This document shows positions 49,695 to 61,300 of a stretch of DNA of 64,000 nucleotides, piece after piece. A model generated the notes under the pieces. The model made no database searches and was not told the origin of the DNA. It was given only the letters and a program-made list of their open reading frames with translations. The position numbers were made by a program, and so were the translations under genes. Source of the DNA: Phallusia mammillata (taxonomy: Eukaryota); the NCBI GenBank assembly GCA_965637545.1, contig OZ281497.1:14880001-14944000 (forward strand), in the 5' to 3' direction. Within the stretch, counting starts at the first letter, position 1. The number at the start of each line of letters is the position of its first letter.

Positions 49695-52323
49695 TCAAAC
49701 AGACGCCATAAAACCAAAGTCGGCGCTAGATGGCGCACCGTTCCCGTCTCCGTCCTTTGCTTCGAAGCGTTTTGCTTCCTGTTGCATGCTTTCTTTAATC
49801 TTCAAGATGGCGGCCGACTCGTTGTGATCCTGTGCGCGCGTCAGTTGGATGAAGCGGTTAATTGAAAGCAAGTCAGCAGGGTCGAACGAGCGATGATTAG
49901 CGGCGGTTATTTTGAAAATACCCGGTAGCCACCCGAAGACGAATTTTGTCACGCCCAATGCGGCGACATGGAGCATCAGCAAAGGCAAGACGACAGGCAG
50001 GCAGACAGTCGCACAACGAAAAGATATGCAAAAACAACAACAAACAGAGTCGGGTTAGGTTTTGAAAGGACGGTTAGTGTTATTAGTACCAAAGTATCAA
50101 ACAGCCTAGTACGAATTTAAACGATATAATATGTATGTAGGTCTTTGGTTCATTTTTTTATTTGACGTGCCATGGAGTTCCATATGTTAAAAGTGGCTTA
50201 TGAAGGAGAACCATGCATTTCAGTCTCTTTTAAATGCCATAAATAGCTCCGCGATCGTCAACGAATGCTGTCGCGCGGTTAAGTTGACTGAACATGCGTT
50301 TACGCACACTTATGTAGAGCAGGCAAACGCAGCAAGCAGGGTTAGCAAGAGACGGAAAGTTGAGGCTATTTTCTCACTGGTGATTAGACCACTCTTACCA
50401 GTTGACTTGGAAATTTATTTCAACGACAAAAATGGGACTTAACAACATCATAGGCGAGAATTCGTTATGATACAAACAATATTTTGGTATGTACATCAGC
50501 GAATAAATAGTAAAATAGGGATACAGTAAGTAGTACCAGTAAATTACTCTAATCTCTGAACGTCACGTGTGCTTAAGCCTTGTTTAGCTTAAATCCTTCA
50601 CATTGTTAAGTTATGTTGTGTTATTTTGACTTACGAAGAATTAGAAAAAGATAAACAGCACTAGCCAACAAGCAGAAATAATCCTCACGATTTAAACATG
50701 TCAACGATTTCAGTATGTACAAGTACCATAATCAAAACTAGCACGTTGGTAGGTTTGGCCAGTTACCCGAACACCTTTGTCCCATTTGAGCATTTTCTGG
50801 TCACCTCTCGGGTGGGTATAGGTACAGTATAATCGATCTTATGTACTAATCGAAGACTACGTCATCACATAGTGACGTCAAATTATCGCACGCACGAGGC
50901 ATAATTCACTGGGATCAAAACGAACCCATGGGCGGATTGTTACTCACGTTCTCATTAAAACTTGACACCATAAACGAGCCGTCATCGCCCTCTTGTGGCG
51001 TGTGTGGTGTTCCACCTGGTCCACCAGGTGGCCCCATTTGCGGCGGAGCACCAGGGACGCTCATGTTGTTCATAGGCATGTTGTTACTGGGCGAGCTCTG
51101 TGTAAAGAACCAATGGTTACTGAATGCACAAACTTCATTTAGCTTCTAAACCACACTGTTCGTTGGTTGTAACTTTAGCTTGGAAGTATCAGTTTGGAAA
51201 ATGTAATTGCAAAAAAGCATTGTATATTATAGTCTTATCGGAAAGTTGTGTGTTCAATGTTAAGGTATTCAAACCTTGGGCATTCCTTCCATCATGGACG
51301 AGTCTGGTCCGGATCCGTTCATTCCATTCAAGGGTTGGGCCATGTTGGGAGTTGACACCGATAATGGTGGACCGCCTGACATGGGGATAGAGGTCGGTGG
51401 AAGAGATCCGTCCTGGCCGACAGGATACTACAAAGAAAACGATTGCTAAAATACTCGAAACGTGCCTGTCAAATGATTACATAGTGGCGAGATTTTCTTC
51501 CGTGCAAGCGCAGCTATACTTTACTCTACAAAAGCAATTGTGGAATTCGCAGCGAGAAAAGAGTTTTTTGGTTATCTCAACCGGTTTGGATAAGGATTGA
51601 CCTAGTTAAAAGGTAAGTGTGTGCAATCGCTAAAAAATATAAACACATACCGCGGAGGACATTTGCGGGTGAGGAATCGGTTTTCCCATAAAATCTGGGT
51701 TCATTTGATCTGAAAAACAACAAAAGGTTCAAGTATAACTACCAAAAAACTAGAACGAATTACCGTAATTAACCGAAAGTGATTATTTCAAATACAAGTA
51801 GAAGTTTGATTCTAATACTGTGTTGTAAGTCATGCAATTCGGCAGTTTGCAAAGACAATTAATAAGCTACTTGTTTGACAATGGCAGTGCCAATCAAATG
51901 AGTACAACAAGGATTCGCGCGATCAATGAAAAATTCGTAGCAGCATGCTTGTGTTACAGTCAGTCAGTTACTAAGCAACGGTCATGCACACTGTGTACAC
52001 ATATGTCTCAAGTGCTGCCAGTGAACAGATTTTGCGACAACCACTACGCGGGCTAGGTTATTTTTTTGTGCGGTGCAGCCGACAGTAAGTATACTGCATC
52101 ACCTGGGTTCTTGGGGTCATGGACCGGGGGAAATCGGCTCGGATGGGGGCCGGGGTGCATACCCGGTCGGGGGCCTGTGGTGGGGCACAAGAAGTTAAGT
52201 TTGGACTACGGGCGGAAACGGCTTAGATGACATGCAAAACTTAAACTTCGTCCTGACTTTACTGGAAAACTGTTACTATTCATTAAAACATTAAAAGCCG
52301 AAAAACGGGTTAGCTGTGTAAGG

Positions 52324-52362
<39 letters not shown>

Positions 52363-55300
52363 ATTCTCTATGAAAACAAGCACACAATCCCTATGAACGT
52401 GACTGCAAATGCACGTGCTGGAGTGTATTTGGCAGCGGGCAGTGTGATGTGGCTGATGTTGAACAACGTACGCGTACACTTTACATGTATGTAGTGATAG
52501 AAAGCACGAGGATAATATGACATTCGTTTTGTGATGATTTAACTGTATTATGTGGATAAACGCAGTCAACTTTACCTTGTGGACTTCTCATTATAGGGTT
52601 ACCGGGAGGTCCTCCAGTGGGCGGGCCCTGCGACAGAAATTAATGTGTGAAACAAAACAAAACATATTCGATGTAGGAAGATTTATTGTTGTTTTTGTCT
52701 GGCTAAAATGTTTTTGGATATATTAGGTTCACTTACGACGGGTCCAGACGGGTTGGGCCATCTTCCATGCCTGTAATGCAACGAAAAAGTTAACCACTAT
52801 ATGTCCGACTCAAAGCAAACCCGACATGAATTCTTACATGGACATTGGAATCCCGCTGTGCCCTGGCATCGTACTCGGAGGCATTCGCATCGGAAAAGGC
52901 TGAAACATATTTTGTATTTGTACTCATGGAAAATCTAACACACTTTGGCAGGTGATGAATAACACAAATACCTGTTGGAACTGGTCTGGTCCACCCCAGG
53001 ATGGGTTCATGGCGCCAGGGGGCATCCCCCGGGGATGTACCATTCTTGACATCGACATCATTTGGCTTCCTGCAAAAAATGTAAAGAATCGTTACACATG
53101 GCTGCTGGTTGCAGTTTACAATACATATTTAATTAATAAACTTACATTTCAACAAAGACATTTAAAAAGCAGAATATTCAGGGTGATTTTTCTCTCACAA
53201 CGCTTCTCTGACATGAAAGCTGCCAAACTCATAAAAGTCTCACAGGCGGCGCAGTACGTAGTGGCCGCCTAATAGCATTATGTAGCAAGGCTTTAGCACG
53301 CTTGGTCGCCCGGTGGACGGTATAAGTGGCGGAAAATGGCGAAATAATTTAATTTGCGCAACTCATTAATGCGCAGAGGTGCGTTGTGGGCCACACTGAA
53401 GCAAACCGACAATCGTGAAGCCACAGGCCTAACTTACTGAGATTGGCCCACAAGAACTTATTTCCTTGTTGCAAATTGCCTTGTGGTTGTGTCAATAATA
53501 CGTTAGATATGTTCAAAATTGCCACTTGTACTAGCTTAAACTTAATTGCCAGTTTCTACGACAAGCGCTTTTCAAGCCTTGGTTTCTGTACATGCTGAAA
53601 ATTTTTATGCTGGTGTAGACCGAAAACTATTAGCGTCAAATGCAGGGTTATTATCAGTGAGTAAGCAACGTTAAATCGCAATGGGATTATAACTAAACCC
53701 ATAGCGACTTATTATTACCAGTAAAAAGTCTTAAAACGTCTGAAATGGCCAATAAAAGCACAAGTCAGCAAGATTACATTGGGTTTTAAGCTTCGAAAAC
53801 GATTAGAACGTGCGCAATTCAGGGCAATATTTCCCTAGGGGTTCGCCGCAAAGTTTGAATAGCGATTCTTAAATTCCAAGCAGACCCACGAACTTCGGCC
53901 ATAGTGATTTAGGCGCCAGAACTACCTCGCATTAGCGCCAGTGTTTGTTAAGCGATAAAACGTGAACGTGACGAAGGACAATAAAAGCGTTTCGCGGATG
54001 CTTTGTGCCTTGACATCCAAATGCATTAACTGAATGGATGTGGTATCCAAGCTGGATTGGGAGAAGGTATTGCCTTGTGAGAAAGTCAATCGTGTAGGAA
54101 ACTGACGGCAGACAGTTATGTGTAAAACATTTAGTACGAGAATACGTTATCTGTGAGCCGACTACAACATACAGCGTTCTACACGGTCCCTTCTGATATT
54201 CTGATGTAAGCATCGTTATTACACGAACTTCGAACGCAAGCGGTGGTCAAGTCGGCACCACAGTTATAAGCTGATTTCTTTACTTTAGCCGTATGTTCGT
54301 GACAGGTACGGCGCAGGTAGGCTACTGGTACGCAGTATAGTGGGCCGGGAATTTGAACTATAAATGATCGTAAATTAGGCCTGGGCTTAGGTGCGATAAG
54401 AGCTCTGTCAGCCGAATTATTGCGTTTTAGTGCTGCGACAAATGAAATATTCATGACTGTTTTCGATCTAATGAAAGATTTCATTTCTTCGTCGACGGCC
54501 AACAGCGGGGCAGAATTGGAGGTCACATGAATATGCAATGTTATTTACCCGCACCTCAATGTGGAGCACGTCAGAATTGCGCCAAATGGCGACAGGTGGC
54601 AGCAAAACATCTTCGTCTGTTAAAGGCGAGAAAAGACGAAAAAGGCGACCATCGCGAGTAAAAACATTGAGTGAGCGTTCAGGCGCCACAAGCCTAGGGC
54701 CCGAGTCTGCGGGAGGCACGTAAAAAGCAACGCAGTTTGCGGGAATAAAGTGTTAGAAATCCCGCAGGAAAGTAATTGATTTTGAAAGACATCAAAACAG
54801 ATTTGATAAACTAGTACTCAAGAGAAGAGCATACATTGAACGGACAAAGAAAGCAACGATTTGGATGCCTTTCAGGCTGAAAAAGTAAGTTTTTTTACTA
54901 TTTGTTTTGCTGTTGTACAAGTAGTCGTTTTATCTTACTCTAATTCGTGCTTAACACACCAAGCGCTTTTGTCGCGTTCTGATTCAAATCGCCCTGAAAA
55001 CACATCAATGCGGAACTATGTCCTGTGAGGAAATTAAAAGGCAACTACGCGGACCGTGCGTTAGATGATTGTTTGTCTTCCGTGCTAGCATCAGTGGGAT
55101 CGTCGGTTTTCATTTCGCGCGAGGGGAAGTGAATTTATTAAGGTTGCCCACCGCACACAATGCGTAAGGGCTTGGGCGCGTGTGGATCAACGAAGGAGTG
55201 CCAGGTATTACATAGTTCCGTTGTCATATTCTCCTAAAATGAGTCACAAATTGGGCTTTTATAATCCGTACAGTTGTGACATTTACTAAGGGAAAGTACG

Positions 55301-58300
55301 CTGTAGAATATAGGTATACGTATTTCAACATGTAATACAGAACCAATTTTGCTGGCCTGACAAACTTTAGTGCTTCAGGAAAAACAAACTTCAAGAAGCT
55401 GCTTCGCAAAACACGGGTCATAGGGAAAGATAGGGGAAGGGCCGCCGTTGTACGAAGTATTCAAGTTTGCAGGCTTAGTGCGATTTAGCCGCGACCGCTG
55501 AGCGTTGTTTCGGTAGGATTTCGTGCTTCCCTGCGTTTTTTACGCTCACCTTGCTTTGGCCACTTGACTGACGCGCCAGGCGAATAATAAAGACCAGCAC
55601 CCGAAGCTGCTATCGGCTGTGTGCAGGCAATTATCTCGTAAAGCTATTTGTTTATTTAGTAAACGGAGAGCGCCTCTCAGCGCGTTAACGCAGCGAAACG
55701 GATAAGCGGCAAGTTTTGGGCCTTGTAGCTCAAAGCCTGGCAACACACGCACAATAAACCGAGGTTTTGATGACAAGATGATGTTTATCGGGCCTTTGGG
55801 TGAAGCTCAGAAACGACATGTTAATGCTGGATTTACGGGCGTGGGACGCGATACGTTGGTAGTCTTTACCGCCGTTACGATCACATAAAGCACGTATTGA
55901 AGTGCTTGCCCTCCAGAATGGATCGCACGCGGGCAAGTCGTCAAATACGACGGTGTCGTCTCGGCGGACGAAAAACGCACATAATTAATGTTGTCGTTTC
56001 AACGTCCAGGTTCGCCCTTTCATGCCAGCGAATTCAGTGTTTTTAATGACATTGCAAAGAGGAAACGCCATTGAAACTTTATGAGACCCGTTTAAAACAC
56101 ATCTAATTAAATTCATTCAGCATTTTTATTGACTTTCCATCCTCCAGTTTACCATTAAACACACGGGAACATTACCGTTGAATAAAAGTATTTGCGTTGT
56201 TGGGTAAACACAATTAACCCCGTTTGATGCATGACATCAACTGAATCATACGCGGGCATCAACATTCGTGTCGTTTAAAGTCGTCGTTATAATGGGGCGA
56301 GCTGGCACGGAGGGCAAACACTTTTAATGCGATTCTGCCGCTAATTTGTCGCTTTGTTGGCAGTCCGAGTAAAGTTTGTCGTTCCCGAGTGGGACTAACG
56401 ATAAGCAGGCAGCGATAGTACGCGACAGCAATGATGATTAATCGGCTTATCGGAACGTTGGGCGGGCGCACAGCTAATTGACAGAATGTTCCCAGACCAA
56501 TCCGGACAAGGCCATTAACAAACCACATTTGCAACGTTGTTGCAGTAAGTCAGTCTGTAATTTTTTCCTCTTAAATTCTTTGAAGCGTTAAAGTTATCTG
56601 ATAGGAGCAATAACACCCACCGTCACTTGGCCAATTTACAACAGATTTTTAAAACAAGGAGAGGGGAGAAATCTTAATTGTAACCGATAGTTTGTTTTTA
56701 CCTACAAACTAGTTTTGTTATACATTTTTCCTAGTAATTCAAGCAAGTCTCCCTCTACCAACAGTTCGCAAACTGACTACGAACCAATGTTTAAAATATC
56801 GGTTATCCATCGTTTTAAAGCGTGAAGATTTATTTCGCTTGCGATGGAGCAACGGTATTCCCTTTCCTTCGTTTATTGACTTGTGATTGGCTTAACAAAG
56901 GCCCTTGTCTGGTTTGTTATTACAGCGCGATCGCGGGTAATTGCTTTGCTCGGCTAACAAGCTTATATTGAGCCAAGGGCTTTCCCCTTTCAAACAGTCG
57001 TTGGACGCCTTTCACCGACCGCTAAAGCAAATTAGAACTGGCAAGCGGACAGAATTCTTTGATTTTTTGTCAATTTTTAATTCAATCTCAAGTAAAAGTC
57101 ACAATCTCATTATTCGCATGAACAGTTTTGAAACCAATATAACTAAGGTGTGATTTGTGAGCTAAAAGCGGATCTGGGCTTGAGTAAGGTAAAGCAGGAC
57201 CGTTGGAGAAAAGAGACATTAGAAATGGTCTGGTAAGCAATTAGCAGCAGCAAGAAGCTTGTAATCAAATTACGAATCGTCATTCTTTCGGAAACCTCAG
57301 CAACCACAATGCTCATGGGGAAGGTGATGGCGCCGAAATTCCTCTGTGTAATCACCTACATTAGTCGTTTGCTGAAAGGTACTTTGTAGTCACGCGCCAC
57401 TTAATGTTCAGCACTGTGCCATCATTAGCGCTGAAAGTGTTTTTTAAACGAATGCAGTTGAGGTTTTGTTTGATTGATCCATGTGCAGTCTACCACAATA
57501 GGATGACTGCATGTAGAATTAATAAAGGGTTCGGTTTTTCCTGTCAATTTTAGCGCTATGTTTTTGTTCAAAAGCTGTTTAATTCATACCACGGTTGCAG
57601 CAAGTTTTTCGCTAAAAAGGTTTGAATTTGAAGTAGTTTTTTGCACTAAAGTTCGTGTTTGATTTAAAATAATTCTTGAAAATCGCTTAAGTTACTACAC
57701 AACACTTTTCCTATGCCATAGCAGTTGGATATTTTCTTCAATCGCGATTCTTCAGAGCCGCGAAAATGTTAAACCCCGCGGGGTTCACAAAGGGTAATAA
57801 TAGGAATGGGGTTGTGTCAGCATTCTGCATGTGCTGGTACAACAAAATAGAATTAGGTGATAATCTAGGCCATAGCGCGAACGTGACAAAGTTTTGTCGA
57901 TAAGCTCAAGCGTTTGAGATTGCAATCAAATTGCTACAATTTTTGCAGCATTATCACCACAATGAGGAAGTTGGGAGACCATTTTAGAGAAGATGAAGAT
58001 GAGACATTTGAATAAGAACTGTACCACATAAGGTAAGACGTTTTTTAATCGCAAACTAACAAACCTGTATTTAGAATTTGGTGTATGTCTGCACATGTTT
58101 AGAAAGTTCTTTATCGCCGCTGGTTTTAAATGCCAAAAATATTTGACTTTCTTGAAACAAAATTTGTTTTGCGCCCAGGCGAACGACTTATCGCACCAGA
58201 CTTGCAAACGATAGCATAGATTTGAATTTATGGCAAACAAGTTGATTGATGTGAAAACAAGCAAAGGCGTATGATTAATTCTGAACCAAAAGGTTAAACT

Positions 58301-61300
58301 TTGCACGAACTGCACAATTTTTCAACACCACATATTCAACAACTTTTATATGAGATATAATATATCAAGATTTTAATAGAAATGCTATTTTTCGGGAAAG
58401 CATTTTAATAGCATGGAAAATAAGCGTTTTTCAATACGAGGCTATAACATGGATTGTATGTTCAGGTGTACGAACGTAAATTAAAAACTCACGTAAATTT
58501 TCGTTCTGGCGACGCCAAACCGCTCGCTGGTGAATGTTTAACCCGAAACGAAAACAAACAAGCCAAGCTCGATTCCTAATTAGCTTCGTCAATCAAAATA
58601 CGCGAGACCGAGCTCTTTAAGGTTATTATGAATATCGACCCGACCAATAAGTTGAGTCTGCGCCGAACATGGTCGCTCATAAAACTTGTCGGTTTTGAGC
58701 AAATTGAAGGGAAAAGCGACCAGGACAAAGTAGACTGAGGATCCTGGTAGTTGGCAATCAACCGAGGCCTGTCCCTTTCCATCATGGGATTAGGCTGACC
58801 TATTTTGATGCTTTGCGAAAAATATTGGCGCCCTGGTGTAGTGAGGTAGCTCGAACGATCAATTACATTAAGGCTAACTTTAAGTGCCCAAAACAGACAA
58901 TATTTATGCAAGGATAGGATGTAAAGTAAAAAGTTTTCAACTTTTCATCTTTGAGATGCACCACTTTTTTTGCGTGGACAATGTATAAAGGTTCGCAATT
59001 TTCGTTACCTCAGTTTGATTTGGGGCTTAACTCAAAACCTTAAAGTTGTCACAACATAAACAAATAAACATGAGTTTTATGATCAAAGCTACGGTGTAGG
59101 AAACAGCAAATAAAATGCCATTAACGGACTGTCGTAGAGGTGTTTAATTCTCCATCGGAGGTTGTTTGTCATGCCCGTTTCCGTACAAATTACCCATCGC
59201 CTGCCAGAAGATTACGATCCCTAAACGTATTGACTAAGGCCGATTAGCCGACCGTCGGCCCCAAATCAAGTGTCATGGCAAATCAATGGGCGGCTTGTAC
59301 GTGCTTAAGTGGCCCGACAGCGCAGATTAACCAAGGTTCAGATCAAGACGAACATGTCACATGTCAACCTATAGGCTTATAAGCTATTGTGCAGCGGATA
59401 TGAATGTTGTATTGGGCTCTGATGGTGTTGTCGTAACAACAATTAGAAGCCAATGTTAAATGTGATGTTTGTTTTAGATTATAGACGACGGTTGGGCGAG
59501 ATAGTCGTAGTGGGCGATGTTAACCCTACAAAATAATAACGGGTTTGGGTCCACTCAAAGTTTTATAAAAAAATCGCAAAGACGGCGATTCCTTACATTA
59601 AATAGTCTTATATAATCCTTTGATTGTGTTGATATTTGCAACCATACGCTGGCGGTTTCTGCCGCTAAATTGCAACATCTTGTGGGCAGTTTTTGTTAAG
59701 CGATTAGGCGAGACGGGTGACACGAATCAGGGCAATCGCCTCGCCGCAAAGAAGTCTTCTCGGTTATGACAGGGCACCAACACAACTTTGCAATTAGCTT
59801 GAGTGCGCCGTCACGACTAGCGCTTGGTCATGACACCAACACGAGTTACCGAAGCCTGCCAAACGGGACTTAGTATTAGTCGGCAACACAGTGGCATAAC
59901 GCCGTTTAGGAAAAGTGAAACAGCGATGCTTTATGGACCCTTTGCAGTTTTTTTTAGACATTTTTCGTATTTTGTGTGAATTCAAGCGTCTTTGTACCCG
60001 CAAAAGCGCTAACTTTCGTCAAAATGCTTTTAGCACGCAGTGGACTGATTGCCTTTCCAGCCCGCCTTTTTTGTAAAAAAAAAACAATGTCAAAAGTAAA
60101 AAAAGAAATTAACAAACCAAAAATTCTGAAAGTTACGTGCCGTTCTAAGTGTGCTTGTAAGATACCACCAACACACTTATCGCAGCGAAATATTGCCACA
60201 AAATGTGTTTCGGTCGGTCTATAATCTCCCAAAGCGAACAAGAGCTGTCACTTGCGAGGTTCCCACGCCTAGGGCAAAATCATTCGTGCCCTTGAAGTCA
60301 GGCCAGCGCGAAGCGGAACTGAGAAAATAATGAAGATAATTCCGTGGTCTGTGCTTCCAGCATTTCCCGCAACATTAAGGGGTTTGACAAAAGACCATTC
60401 GATCCTTCGCAGAGTTGGTAGCGGACCAAAAATCCGAGCCCGAATCCAACCCAAAAGTATAAGCCCGAAGCCCGGCCCGAATCGGAATCGTTTTTGAGAA
60501 ACCCGTTTAGGCCCGAAAGTTCAATTGACGGGCCAATACCAAAGAAATAAACAATGGCAATAATCGACAATGGCCTAAACACGACGTTTTTGGGCTGTTG
60601 GGTATTAGATTAATTCCTGCAACTATTAGCTAGATAATTTGCATTCGTAACACATACGAACACATAATGTTTAAGTCCCGACTTAACAACTCTGATCCTC
60701 CATGCAAACGACGAATAGTCCATTCCTATGTGAGTGAACATCTCGCGCTTGACAGTTGGACTCGGGATTCTGTTATTCGCCTTTCAACTCAAACTTATTT
60801 AGGCGACATTTCACAATGTGCGTGTGGTCCGTAAGTCGATCGTTCGTGGCCGCTAACGGATTATTAAATCCGCAATTTCAAATTAGGCCTGGCGCCTTTA
60901 CGACGGGGTAATAAAAACAGCGATTTCTGACGGCAATAAACTTTGTCAGTTAAATCATAAACTACCGACTTTTGTTTGTGCAACATTCGCTTTATAAGCA
61001 GGTCGTGGCTACTGGACATATTTAACCAGTCAAGTAAAGGCTTTGTCAGCAAATCTAAAAAAGAGTTCTAACATTGAAGTTCTTTAAACTTCTTGAATTC
61101 ATCTTCCTTGTACCAGCAGTACACGTGTTTGGCTTGTTAATAAAGTGAATTCATTTCTTTTTTTTAGACGACTGCCTTAACACTAAGCAACCAAATCTGA
61201 CAGGACCCTGATGTCTTTTGGATTTGTTGCATCTTCACTTACTCTCTCACTAAAGCTGTTCCTATAAAGTCTTCCTTCTAGCCAATTCTTAAACAATTAA

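Noticed and set aside
49803-49813. Perfect YY1-like promoter motif aagatggcggc
   Set aside because: It is the reverse complement of the codons for AAIL(K) in the ssdp last exon.
50909-50947. Alternative ssdp acceptor (ttttgatcccag|TGA) giving an immediate stop
   Set aside because: It would need a 39-nt intron, shorter than any other intron modelled here (about 60 nt or more).
57774-57787. 14-bp GC palindrome aaccccgcggggtt
   Set aside because: It is short and isolated, which is compatible with chance in 64 kb.
58700-58810. Possible ssdp cassette exon GQPNPMMERD resembling vertebrate GHPNMGG
   Set aside because: There is no donor in the required phase, and the flanking exons already join in frame.
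53900-60900. Numerous 60-130 aa ORFs in the ssdp large intron
   Set aside because: They have no recognisable domains, no consistent exon chain and atypical composition.
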